IMG/VR virus record: IMGVR_UViG_3300036820_000004
Coordinates: 55,754-119,753 of that record
DNA: 64,000 nt
Strand: one strand, 5' to 3'
Source: a virus
Shown: piece after piece, positions 8,970-18,607 of the stretch
Numbering within the stretch: the stretch's first letter is position 1
Layout of the letters: each line of letters opens with the position of its first letter
Notes under the pieces: model-generated
Seen by the model: only the letters and a program-made list of their open reading frames with translations
What the model was told of the DNA's origin: nothing
The model's database searches: none
Position numbers and translations under genes: made by a program

Positions 8970-9260
8970 TCAATTCCAGCGTGCAAGCGCCGCGCGGGAA
9001 GTGCTCTCATCCTTGAGCAGGCCGTGCTCACAAGCTGGCCCGACGCTTACCTTCGCATCGCTGCCATCTGCCGCAACGGCCCAGAGATGAGGACCGCCCG
9101 GCAGCAGGCCGTGCGGGAATGAGAGCACCTGATGACATGCAAGAGCGAATCCGCTGCGGGACGTGACAGTCGGCGAATCGCCCACGTAAACGAAGGCCTC
9201 TGCGTCATTCCGGATACCGAGATCATCACAGCCGCAAACCGGGCAGGGTTGGCACATCAC
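8970..9260 (-). CDS. hypothetical zinc-ribbon protein
   Basis: PCPVCG N-terminus, ending ALARWN; coupled to upstream reverse gene. Confidence 0.45.
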   Translation of the reverse strand: MMCQPCPVCGCDDLGIRNDAEAFVYVGDSPTVTSRSGFALACHQVLSFPHGLLPGGPHLWAVAADGSDAKVSVGPACEHGLLKDESTSRAALARWN

Positions 9261-9613
9261 GCTTCCAAGGATGCCCGGTCATCCCTCCGCTTGTTTCGGA
9301 TGTGCAGGTTGTACCGGGGATTCGCCGAGAACGACAACCGCAGCGACGGCACCCCGGCCATGAGCCCCCGGAACCCCCCGCCGGACGGCAGGCCGAGCCC
9401 GGTGGTGCGGATCACCTGCGCCGAGAGGGATTCCGGGTCATTCATCTGCCAGTCCTGCGGCTCGCGGGCCTCGTACTCCTTCACTGTCCCGTCGGCCCGT
9501 TCCACGACCACCAGAACCCGGGTCACCCTGTCTGCGTCCTCGTCCTCGTAGCGGATGTCCGCCGATTGCGGGGCCGGTACCAGCACGCCTTCAACTGCCT
9601 CTGATTCGCTCAT
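9257..9613 (-). CDS. hypothetical protein
   Basis: Middle of three overlapping reverse ORFs. Confidence 0.55.
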   Translation of the reverse strand: MSESEAVEGVLVPAPQSADIRYEDEDADRVTRVLVVVERADGTVKEYEAREPQDWQMNDPESLSAQVIRTTGLGLPSGGGFRGLMAGVPSLRLSFSANPRYNLHIRNKRRDDRASLEA

Positions 9614-9807
9614 TCACGCTCCCGGAGCATCGCTTCTATGTCGGCGGCTAGTTGTTCGCCGCACTGTTCCACTTTGCCGCCGTCCCCGCTGAACGCCACG
9701 AAATGGTATGCGCCCTCAAGGTCCGGGCCACTGTAAACGTTCCAGCCGATAGCGCCGTCAGGTAGCGGCGGTAGCGCCTCAAGCGGCCATGGCTCGGTCT
9801 CGCTCAT
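9610..9807 (-). CDS. hypothetical protein
   Basis: 65-aa ORF overlapping the next start. Confidence 0.45.
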   Translation of the reverse strand: MSETEPWPLEALPPLPDGAIGWNVYSGPDLEGAYHFVAFSGDGGKVEQCGEQLAADIEAMLRERE

Positions 9808-9963
9808 CCGCCAAGGATGCCACGGGAGGTACCCGTGTACGTGGGTCCGGTCAGCGTCGCCCCGTTCTGCCTTGACTGCGGCCGGGTGCTTTCCCGCTGC
9901 CCGTGCCCTGAGTCAACTCCAAGTCCCAGCCCTCCGGCTAGGACTTCGCTTGGAGGTGCGGCC

Positions 9964-10197
9964 GTGTTCCTGGACGGCGAGCGCGAGGAACTTCTCGATG
10001 ACCTGATGGCCGCCCTGAACCGTCTCGCCGACGCGGGCTGCCCGGTTACCGTCAAAGACGGCCGGCTGGACTCCCGCGCCGGGATGGTCGTTCCCTCGCC
10101 GCGGGGCCGGTGGACTTCCCGTCCCCTGATCCCGTCGTTCGCTTCCCGCCCGTGGCCTCCGGTGCTGTCCGAGCACCTGGACGAGGACGGCTGGTGA
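9964..10197 (+). CDS. hypothetical protein, paralog of 8665-8967
   Basis: GGAGG before GTG; LMAALNRLADAG motif. Confidence 0.55.
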   Translation: MFLDGEREELLDDLMAALNRLADAGCPVTVKDGRLDSRAGMVVPSPRGRWTSRPLIPSFASRPWPPVLSEHLDEDGW

Positions 10198-10667
10198 CCG
10201 CAGGCTGCGCCCGCTGCGGCGAATGCTGCACGCACATCTGGCTGAACGCCGACCCGCGTCCCTACTCCACGGGCGCCCTTGACGGCGTACCCGATCCCGG
10301 CACCGAGGTCGGCTGGGCTTACTGGCTTGAGCACAGCCGCTACCGCGAGGCAGACCGTGACGATGCCATCCGCCGCTACAACCCGGACGGCAGCATGCGC
10401 GCCAATGCGGACTTCGTAGCTGCGCACTGGGCAGAGACCTGCGACGGTCACTGGACCTGCGACGCCTACGACCCCGAGCACGCCACCTGCACCGCGCATG
10501 AGAACCGGCCGCCGCTCTGCCGCGACTATCCCTGGTACGGCGAGGAACCCGACCCGGAACGCGCGGACCACATGTACCGCCAATGCTCCTACCTCGCCGA
10601 CCTGCCGCCCGACAAACGCCCCGATGACGCACGCCCGCTTATCCCGCTAGCCGTCATCTCGCACTGA
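10194..10667 (+). CDS. YkgJ/FliB-like CxxCxxCC cysteine-cluster protein
   Basis: CARCGECC...CTAHENRPPLCRDYP. Confidence 0.75.
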   Translation: MTAGCARCGECCTHIWLNADPRPYSTGALDGVPDPGTEVGWAYWLEHSRYREADRDDAIRRYNPDGSMRANADFVAAHWAETCDGHWTCDAYDPEHATCTAHENRPPLCRDYPWYGEEPDPERADHMYRQCSYLADLPPDKRPDDARPLIPLAVISH

Positions 10668-10700
10668 CCTTCCCGAATATCTTCCGGAAATTGGAGCCGT

Positions 10701-13700
10701 GTGGCCGCTGCAGTCCTGACCGAGCCCGAGGCCGCGAAGGCTGCGACCACGTCTGCCGGTGATGACCTCGTCTACTTCTCGATGCCCATCGAGAAGTCGG
10801 AGGACACCAAGACCGTCAATCCCGTGGACGGCACCCCCGACATAGAAATCTTCGGGAAAGTGACCGACGGGACTGTTGACTCGGATCTTCAGGTGGTCGA
10901 TCCCGAGGCCAGCCTGCGGTGGATCAAGCGCTGGAAGGACGACGGCAAAGCCAACGTCCGGATGCAGCATGATCCGAAGAAGCCGGTCGGCAAAGGCCTG
11001 CACGTCGATGGCCACAACGTCCGTGCCCTGATCGCTGACCCGATCGCGAAGCACTTCATCCGCACGGGCATCCTCAACGACTGGTCCATCGGGATCATGA
11101 ACCCGGACATCCGCCGGGGCGATCCCGCATTCAAGCACCTGGACCCGGCGGGCAAGGCCATCAACGGCGTGATCACCGACCGGGCGGACGGGCTCACCGG
11201 ACTGGGTGAGATCAGCGTTGTCGACCGCGGGTCGAATTACGGCACCAAGTTCTCCCTGTGCAAGGCAGCGGCCGATGGCTCGGTGGAGTGGACCGGCGAG
11301 CTGACCGCGCCAGACGAGGTGCTGGCCAAGGCCGCGGCCCCGGCGAAGCCCAAGACGGTGACGGTCGAACTGCCGGCCGACATGCACGTCAGCATCAAGC
11401 CGTCCCAGCTGGCCAGGCTTGCCACGTTCGGGCAGCAGCTGGCGCGCGAGCAGGCGGCAGCGAAGGGCGCCGTGCCGTCGGTGATCACCAAGACGGCGGA
11501 ACCGGATGCGGCCAAGGCTGACAATGCTGCACCCGAACCGGTTCCCGGCGCCCTGCATGACGCTGTGCTGAACCGCGCCGCGGAGGCAGCGGTTTACAAG
11601 CGCGACATCGACACCGCGACCCGCAGCCGTCTCGCCAGCGAGGGCAAGGCGCTGAGCGACGGCTCATACCCGATCGAAACCGAATCGGACATGCACAATG
11701 CCTACACCCTCGCCCGGTCCAAGCACGGGAAGTGGAAGGCCGCGCTCAAGCTCATCGCCCGCCGCGCGAAGCAGGAGGGCTGGACGCCTCCGGGTAAGCA
11801 GGACAAGGTCGCGGCCAAGGGCGCCAAGCCGCAGGTCACCAAGTGCATGAAGTGCGACGGCTCCGGGATGACAGACGGCAAGCCCTGCCCGGACTGCAAG
11901 AAAGGCAAGAAGGCACTCAAGGCGCAGAAGCGCACGATCCGCAAGGCGCTCCGCCACCTGGACGATTTCGCCTCCGTGGTCAACGGCCAGCCGGCGACCA
12001 AGAAGGCCAAGGTCCTGTGCGGCGGCTGCGGGGCCAAGCAGAGCCGCAAGCATCAGATGTGCACCGAATGCGGCAAGCCCATGGCCGGGGCCATGCCGGT
12101 CACCAAGAACCACGACTTCCGGTGCCTGGGCTGCGGCCACGACCCGCTCGACAAGGGCGAGAAGCACTGCCCGCAGTGCGGCAAGGAAAACCCCGGCTAC
12201 AACCCGATGGCCGACCACAAAATCCCCATGAACGCGGGCAAGGCAGCCGCTAAGGAGCGTGTGAGCAAGCGGAAGAAGGCCAAGAGCGGCAAGGGCAAGA
12301 AGGGGAACCCGTTCGGGGACAAGCAGGCTCCTCCCTTCGGCGCCAAAGACGACAGCGGCGAGGACGGCGGGAAAAAGCCATCCAGGGCCAAGAAGGCCGC
12401 GAGCCCGCAGGCCGCCAAGCGCAAGGGAAAGGGCAAGGGCCGCAACCCGGCGCACGGTGTCACCGGCCACGGCGGCGACGTCAAGGGCCTGCCCGCTCAC
12501 CGCGAACCGGACGGCGCGCCGGTCGAGGAGTTCGAGGACGACGCGAACATGCAGGACGGCGACGAACGGCAGGAAATGGCCGCGGCGATGCGCCACAAAG
12601 CCCTCGGGGCCGCGGGCCTGTCCCGCGAGGACGCGCTCCTGCACGACCTGACCTGCGCCGCGTTCCGCCCGGCGGACGTGCGCAAATGCTTCCCCTACGC
12701 CTCCCTCGGCGACATCGACGGCGCCATGTGGCAGCGGCAGGCCCTGATGAAGGCCGCGGCCGCCCCGGCAGCGGAAGCGCTCGCGATGCGGGACCTGTTC
12801 CGCCACGCCGAAACCCTCAAGAACGCATCGGATGACCTGCTGCTAGACCTGCGTGAGCAGGCCCACGCGGACTTCCTCGCGGTCAACAAGGTGCTGACTG
12901 ACGCCACCCCGGGCCCGGCGTCGTTCCCGACCCCGGCGCATGTCACCCCGCAGCAGTATCAGCGGCCGTACATTCACGAGGGCCATTCGGCGCCGTCACC
13001 GCAGCAGGGCGCCCCGCACGACTTCCGCGTTCCCGAAGGCCAGCCGTCGGCGGAGGACTTCACCCGCGGATTCCTCGCCGATGGCCGCGCCGCGGACGCC
13101 CCGGCCAACGACACCCCCCGGCATGAGCCCATTCCGGCACCGATGACCCCCGGCATGCCGTCCCGCGTTTATTACACCGGGGCGATGCGGGACAACGCCC
13201 GCCAGGCGATGACCGCCATGCACGACCACATCTCCCGCGTTTTCCCCGACGTGTGCCCCATGTCCCCGGAGGTCAGCGGCATTCAGAAGCCCGCACCGCA
13301 GGTCCCCGAAGGCGTCGGCGGCCCGGCACCGAGGAGCGGCAAGAAGGCCGCGAAGGCGAAGGCCCGCAAGCAGCGCAAAGCCCTGGCCGCCAAGCGCCGC
13401 CGTCTCGAGCAGCGCGTCCTGAAGGGATCGATGACCGTGAAGCAGGCACGCCGCAAGCTCGGCCTCAAGGCCAAGGGCGCCAACCTCACAGCGATGAAGC
13501 TGGCCAAGGCGTTGCCTTCTCCTTCGGTGCCGGTTCCTTCTCCGCTGGATCCGGACGTCATCAAGGCGGCCATCGCCGAGGCCAACGCGCCGCTCCTCGA
13601 GCGCATCGCCGCCCAGGACAAGACCCTGCGCAAGCAGCGGAAGGCCATCGACGCCATCGCCGACCACGCCGACACCTCCCAGGCCCCCCTCCGCGGGGTG

Positions 13701-13895
13701 GTCTCCCTCAACAAGGCTTCTGCGGCGCCGGCGGCGCCGCAGACCGCTACGGCATCCGCGGAGCGGGTGCAGATGGCGGAACTCCAGCGACTCCACTACG
13801 TGTCGCGCTCCAGCCCGGACCCGGGCATGCGGGAAGCAGCCCGCCGGGACCTCGAAACCAAGCTCGGACTGGACTCCATGACCCCTCAGACGTAA
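10701..13895 (+). CDS. prohead protease / scaffold polyprotein with zinc ribbons
   Basis: N-terminal maturation-protease motifs (VRMQH, WSIG, EISVVDRGSN); ALSDGSYPI module; several CxxC pairs; immediately upstream of capsid. Confidence 0.75.
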   Translation: MAAAVLTEPEAAKAATTSAGDDLVYFSMPIEKSEDTKTVNPVDGTPDIEIFGKVTDGTVDSDLQVVDPEASLRWIKRWKDDGKANVRMQHDPKKPVGKGLHVDGHNVRALIADPIAKHFIRTGILNDWSIGIMNPDIRRGDPAFKHLDPAGKAINGVITDRADGLTGLGEISVVDRGSNYGTKFSLCKAAADGSVEWTGELTAPDEVLAKAAAPAKPKTVTVELPADMHVSIKPSQLARLATFGQQLAREQAAAKGAVPSVITKTAEPDAAKADNAAPEPVPGALHDAVLNRAAEAAVYKRDIDTATRSRLASEGKALSDGSYPIETESDMHNAYTLARSKHGKWKAALKLIARRAKQEGWTPPGKQDKVAAKGAKPQVTKCMKCDGSGMTDGKPCPDCKKGKKALKAQKRTIRKALRHLDDFASVVNGQPATKKAKVLCGGCGAKQSRKHQMCTECGKPMAGAMPVTKNHDFRCLGCGHDPLDKGEKHCPQCGKENPGYNPMADHKIPMNAGKAAAKERVSKRKKAKSGKGKKGNPFGDKQAPPFGAKDDSGEDGGKKPSRAKKAASPQAAKRKGKGKGRNPAHGVTGHGGDVKGLPAHREPDGAPVEEFEDDANMQDGDERQEMAAAMRHKALGAAGLSREDALLHDLTCAAFRPADVRKCFPYASLGDIDGAMWQRQALMKAAAAPAAEALAMRDLFRHAETLKNASDDLLLDLREQAHADFLAVNKVLTDATPGPASFPTPAHVTPQQYQRPYIHEGHSAPSPQQGAPHDFRVPEGQPSAEDFTRGFLADGRAADAPANDTPRHEPIPAPMTPGMPSRVYYTGAMRDNARQAMTAMHDHISRVFPDVCPMSPEVSGIQKPAPQVPEGVGGPAPRSGKKAAKAKARKQRKALAAKRRRLEQRVLKGSMTVKQARRKLGLKAKGANLTAMKLAKALPSPSVPVPSPLDPDVIKAAIAEANAPLLERIAAQDKTLRKQRKAIDAIADHADTSQAPLRGVVSLNKASAAPAAPQTATASAERVQMAELQRLHYVSRSSPDPGMREAARRDLETKLGLDSMTPQT

Positions 13896-13943
13896 ACCGC
13901 GCCGCGCCGCGAAAGCGCGCGGCAGCAGCGAAAGCGAGACCGT

Positions 13944-16691
13944 GTGACAGCAGTTCTGGACGGCACCATCCCGTCCCTGAATGACGGCGTGACCGCGCCG
14001 CCGCCCGACCAGGTCACCAAGGCGCTCTACGGAGAAGCCGCACGGCCCGACCTGGGCACCAGCCAGTACTCGAACACCGCCGAAGCCCTCGTCGGCAAGA
14101 TGAGCCACCTCGTCAAGGGCGCCGGCTTCGCCGGCGAGGGCGGCAACACGCCGCTGACCAACCAGGCCGACATCGGCCGCCGCGCGTTCGAGGCGACGAT
14201 CGACCTGCGTTCCGCCACCCGCCAGGGCATCTACGCCAAGTCGACGGTGGTCAAGTCCATGTCCCAGGATTTCCTGGGCCGGTTCGGCGCGCTGCGCCTG
14301 GCCCTGGAAACCCCGTCCATCCAGGAGTTCATCGGCACCGTCGCCAGCCCGGACATCGCCCGGTCATTCACGGCCGGAAATTTGGGGATAGGGTCGACGT
14401 ACGGTTTGACCCCTTTCAACCTGTTGGCTCCCTCCCGCCTTAACTAGATGGGGCCGTCGCGCCGTGAGGCGCGGATGACAACTCCGCGAACTGCTGGAAC
14501 ACCCGAGCCACCTGCGTGCGCCACAACGTGAGGCGAAAGCCTGAGCGTGACGGCCGAAAAGCTACGCAGCAGGGGCAATCAGCAGCCAAGCCCGCCTGCC
14601 GTCGGCGACGGGAAGGTCCAGAGAGCATGCACGGAGCGCCTCCCTGAGGCGATGATGTGCTCCGAGCCTGCGTGAGAGCGCAGGAGGCGACCGGAAACGA
14701 GCCGCCCCTCTGTTGAAACGGACAGAGAGTAACAATTTACGCATCTATCCCATCTATACCGTCAACTAGGCGGCTCCGGAGGGCGACCTCCGGATGACAA
14801 GCGCACTGCCCGGGGAACCCCGCCCGTATACTGACCTGAAGCCGTCGCTCGCGCCCTCCTCATACAGGGGTACGATCGGCGGTTTGCTGTGTCTGGGGAA
14901 TCCCGGTCCGCGGCGATGCCCGCCGCGGTGTAGAGACTGTACGTGCGCGCTCTGCCACGGACGCGGCCACGGGGCATTACGTGGCCACGGCCGCAGAGCA
15001 TGAGACAGTCCGGACCTGCGTGGATGGCAAACCGCAGGAGGCGCACGGAAACGATGCGCCCGCTCGCCTCTTCGGCGAGAGGTAACAGAATCGCTACCGC
15101 AACAAGTTCGCCCGGCCGCCCGGCCAGGGCGCGTCCCTGATCGAGCGTCTCGCGGTCGGCATCTCCGGTTCACAGACCGGCGGCCAGTCCGTGCTGGACT
15201 TCTCGATCCCTGAGATGGTGCAAACCGGCGGGTCGTTCGGCCAGTGGCCGCTCAACCTGCCCCCGGCCGTCAGCGAGCAGTTTGTGACACTGAACGTGCC
15301 GTATCGTTTCTTCGGCGTCACGGAGCAGCTCAGCTTCCTCGCCCAGTGGGCAGGGCAGGGGTTCGAGGATCTGTCCGCGCTCGCCAACCTGATCCTTCTG
15401 CAGGCCGCCATGCAAGCGGAGGAGTTCCAGCTGATCGCGGGATCGTCGGCGAACCTGGCCATCCCGGCCGCGCCAACGTGCACGGTCCGCAACGCCCAGT
15501 CCAACGAGACCGCGCTGTCCACTTCGGTCGTCAACGTCCAGGTGGCTGCGGCGAACTACTTCGGCCGCACGGCTTCCAGCGGGTCCACGTCGGTGACGGT
15601 GGGCGCGGGCCAGGTCGTGGACGTGACCATCTCGCCTGTGACCGGGGCGATGAACTACCAGATCTTCGGCCTTTCCTCGGTCCCGACCACGTACCTGCTC
15701 GCGACCTGCGGGGGCGTGAAGTACACGCTGCAGGGCGCGCTGCCCGCGGCGGTCACCACCAACCCGACGGCTGACACCGGCACCGGGGCCGGAACCCGGA
15801 TGGAAGGCGTCATCCCGACCCTGACCGGCCTGTCGGCGCAGGCGGCCATCTACCCGAACGGCAACCCGATCGTCTGGCAGGGCGGCTACGTCAACCAGAA
15901 CGTCGGCCAGCACCTCAACTACAACGTCATCTACACCGCGCTGAAGGCGCTGTTCGACTCGCCGTCGATCTCGCCGGGGGCGTTCAAGGCCGACCCGGCG
16001 GAGATCATCTCCTCGGGTTCGGACATCGCGAACCTGTCCCAGGATGTGATCTCGCAGGGTTCGGGCACCAACTTCGAGCTGTTCATCAAGCAGGGCGAAG
16101 TCGGGAACGTCACCGTCGGTGCGGCCGTCAGCCAGTTCCAGAACCCGGTCACGAGGTCCATCCTGAAGACCGTGGTCCACCCGTTCTACCTGCAAGGCAA
16201 CGCGGAACTGCTGTCCTACCAGCTCCCCCAGAGCTGGACGAACGTGGCCAACGCGTGGGAAGTGTCCTGCGTGCAGGACTATGTGACGCTCAACTAACTA
16301 GGGCGCGCGGCAGGGTGACCTGCCGTGGAAAACGGCACTGTTCGGGGAACCCCTCCAATCACCGGGGAATCCCGAGCTTCAGCGATGCCCGCTGGAGTGT
16401 AGAGACTGTACGTGCCGGATCTGTGCGACGGGATCAGCGACGGGGCATTACGCCGCTGGCACCGCAGATCATGAGACAGGCCGATCTGCACCGATGGAAA
16501 AGGTGCAGAGGCCGGCAGAAATGACCGGCCCGCTCACCATCTGGTGAGAGGTAACAGAATGCGCACTCCCCGTGATCGATGTGACCTACAGGTACATCCT
16601 CCTGCTCATGGCTGCCCTGGTGGCCCATGCTCCGATGTATTCTGCCCACCTGGGCGGTTTGCAGCAGTCTGATGTGACTCCGTACAGTTAG
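13944..16691 (+). CDS. major capsid protein, four exons: 13944-14440, 14742-14762, 15094-16290, 16562-16691 (614 aa spliced)
   Basis: Spliced length 1845 nt and stop-free; junctions read LLAPSRL-IYPIYTV-YRNKFARP and VQDYVTL-ALPVIDVTYRY; follows the protease. Confidence 0.85.
14441..14741 (+). ncRNA. group I intron 1 (301 nt, no ORF)
   Basis: Exon ends in U, intron ends in G; IGS UAGAUG-GGGC pairs with 3' exon CAUCUA (P10) and 5' exon GCCU (P1); P AACUGCUGGAA, Q AAUCAGCAG, P3 CUCCG/CGGAG, P7 GAGCA/UGCUC. Confidence 0.92.
14763..15093 (+). ncRNA. group I intron 2 (331 nt, no ORF)
   Basis: IGS UAG-GCGG pairs with CUA and CCGU; P3 GCGCAC/GUGCGC; R GUAGAGACUG, S GACAGUCC; terminal G. Confidence 0.92.
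16291..16561 (+). ncRNA. group I intron 3 (271 nt, no ORF)
   Basis: P1 GGCG/CGCU; P3 CGGCAC/GUGCCG; R GUAGAGACUG, S GACAGGCC (one P7 mismatch); same 3' GAGAGGUAACAGAAU as intron 2; frame restored. Confidence 0.88.
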
Positions 16692-16733
16692 TCCTAGTTT
16701 GTCCGGTTTGGCAAACCTATGACTCCCGCCTCA

Positions 16734-16772
16734 GGGCCGACCCGGGTACTACGAAAGTACCCGGGTCGGCCC
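16734..16772 (+). terminator. perfect 17-bp hairpin after capsid gene (terminator or mRNA stabiliser)
   Basis: GGGCCGACCCGGGTACT-ACGAA-AGTACCCGGGTCGGCCC; no U tract. Confidence 0.65.
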
Positions 16773-16795
16773 CAACCATCCAAGGAAAGGACCGT

Positions 16796-17164
16796 GTGAG
16801 CGGAATCTTCGCGGCCGGAATCCAGCAGGTTCAGTCCAGCATCGGCACGACCTCGGCGCTGGTCTGGAACCCTGAGAACACCAGTGCCACCACGTTCGGC
16901 CCGCTGGGCTCCGTCCCGGCCACCGCGGTCCTCAAGGACGTGACCATCCTCAACACCGGCACCGTGACCGTGTACATCGGGTCCGGGTCGCTTACCGCGG
17001 GCGGGTCGCAGACCCCGCTGGCCATCCCGGTCGGCGGCCAGGTCACCGTCCAGGGCTACTCGGTGTCCAGCCCGTCTGGTGCTACCGGGCAGATCTGGGG
17101 CAACACGTCCTCAGGCACCGGTTCCACGCTGGCCGGGCTGGTGTCTGTCGCGAGCGTGATCTGA
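16796..17164 (+). CDS. small beta-rich virion (head decoration-like) protein
   Basis: AAGGAAAGGA RBS; G/T/S/V-rich; NTGTVTVYIG motif. Confidence 0.6.
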   Translation: MSGIFAAGIQQVQSSIGTTSALVWNPENTSATTFGPLGSVPATAVLKDVTILNTGTVTVYIGSGSLTAGGSQTPLAIPVGGQVTVQGYSVSSPSGATGQIWGNTSSGTGSTLAGLVSVASVI

Positions 17165-17165
17165 G

Positions 17166-17567
17166 ATGGCCGGCAGCGGCAGCCCGGTCAACCCGGTCGG
17201 CTCGGCGTGGTTCCCCGGCGACGCCGCGACCGGTGCGAAGGTCACGAACACGCCGCAGGTCTTCGCCCAGCCGGTGGTGTTCCAGAAAGGCTTCGCGACC
17301 GGTGTCAACGGCGCGACGCCTCCTGCGATCACGGCACCGGGCACCGTGGCGTCGGCCGGGACGGTATCCAACGGCACCGGCTACGACTGCATGGTGTACC
17401 TGTCGGCGACAACCGGCATCCAGAAGATCGTGTACGTCGGCGTGGCTGGCGGGACGATCGCGGGTACCACGCCGGCGGCGCAGACGACCGATCTCTACGT
17501 GCCGAACAACCAGGCCATCGCGGTCACCTACACCGGGACGCTGACCTGGACCTGGCTGGCGATCTGA
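17166..17567 (+). CDS. small beta-rich virion protein
   Basis: G/T/A-rich, coupled to neighbours. Confidence 0.6.
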   Translation: MAGSGSPVNPVGSAWFPGDAATGAKVTNTPQVFAQPVVFQKGFATGVNGATPPAITAPGTVASAGTVSNGTGYDCMVYLSATTGIQKIVYVGVAGGTIAGTTPAAQTTDLYVPNNQAIAVTYTGTLTWTWLAI

Positions 17568-17568
17568 G

Positions 17569-17862
17569 ATGTTCGTCACCGGCCAGGTCACCGCGGGCAC
17601 CGCGTCGTCCGCCCTGTGCCAGATGCCCCCGGGCCCGTGCATGCTTTCCGTCTCCAACCCTTCGTCGGTGACGGTGTACATCGGGCCCGGGGGAACGGCG
17701 CTGACCACCGGGAACGGGTACCCGGTACCTGCCGGGCAGACAACGGCATGGGCCGGGTACCAGGGCAGCAAAGGCGCGGCGCTGAACGTGATCGCCGCGT
17801 CCGGAACCGCGAACTCGGTGGGGTTCCTGATCTCGTCGGCAACCGGGCAGACGGGGTTCTGA
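17569..17862 (+). CDS. small beta-rich virion protein related to 16796-17164
   Basis: Shared N..SVTVYIG motif. Confidence 0.6.
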   Translation: MFVTGQVTAGTASSALCQMPPGPCMLSVSNPSSVTVYIGPGGTALTTGNGYPVPAGQTTAWAGYQGSKGAALNVIAASGTANSVGFLISSATGQTGF

Positions 17863-17868
17863 CGTGCC

Positions 17869-18594
17869 GTGACCACCCTCACCAACTCGTTCGAGGGCGG
17901 CACCAGCGGCACAACCATCACCCCCGGCAATTCCGGCGGGGTGTCAGGGAACGCGTTCGACGTCGTTAACATCGGCGCATCGGCCGCACTCGCCTACAGC
18001 AACACCCAGGCCGCGCATGGCACGCTGTCAGGCGAGTTCACCGAACCCGGGACCAGCACAACGTGCTTTGCGGCCTGGGCCGGGAGCCTGACCGGGTCCT
18101 CGCTGGCCACCATCTGGTACCGCGCCTACGTTTACCTGCCGGCGCTGCCCCCGGTCACCAACATGAGGCTCATCGCCCCCTACGACAGCACCTCGATCTG
18201 CGCCGGGATCGCGGTCAGCACCGCAGGCAAGATCGTGGTCCAGGCCGGGACCACGGACACGACGCAGTACACGAGCACCAGTGCGGTCAACACCGCCGGG
18301 TGGTTCCGGCTGGAGGGTTTCGTCACCGGGTCGGCCAGCGCGGGCCAGGTGTCGATGGCGTTGTACAACTCGCCGGACTCCGCGACGGCCACCGAGACCT
18401 TCACCTCGGCCGCCAGCCTGAACACGACCGGCGCGATCACCAGCGTCCGGTTCGGCTCCTCGGCGCAAGGCACGAATTACTCCTGGTTCATGGATGATCT
18501 CGGCGCTTCCAGCACCGGTCCGGTTGGTCCCGTTGTCAGCCCTGCCGCCGGCGGCGGCAGCAGCATCGTCCCTGTTCTCGTCGCGAGCATGTGA
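17869..18594 (+). CDS. lectin-like beta-sandwich virion protein, paralog of 37311-38024
   Basis: TTLTNSFEGGTSGTTIT start; YRAY.YL, WFRLEG and DD.G.SS.GP shared with paralog. Confidence 0.6.
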   Translation: MTTLTNSFEGGTSGTTITPGNSGGVSGNAFDVVNIGASAALAYSNTQAAHGTLSGEFTEPGTSTTCFAAWAGSLTGSSLATIWYRAYVYLPALPPVTNMRLIAPYDSTSICAGIAVSTAGKIVVQAGTTDTTQYTSTSAVNTAGWFRLEGFVTGSASAGQVSMALYNSPDSATATETFTSAASLNTTGAITSVRFGSSAQGTNYSWFMDDLGASSTGPVGPVVSPAAGGGSSIVPVLVASM

Positions 18595-18607
18595 AAGGGA
18601 GGCGCCT

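Noticed and set aside
14441-15093. Short ORFs on both strands between capsid fragments
   Set aside because: They lie within intron structure, lack codon bias and have no nuclease motifs.
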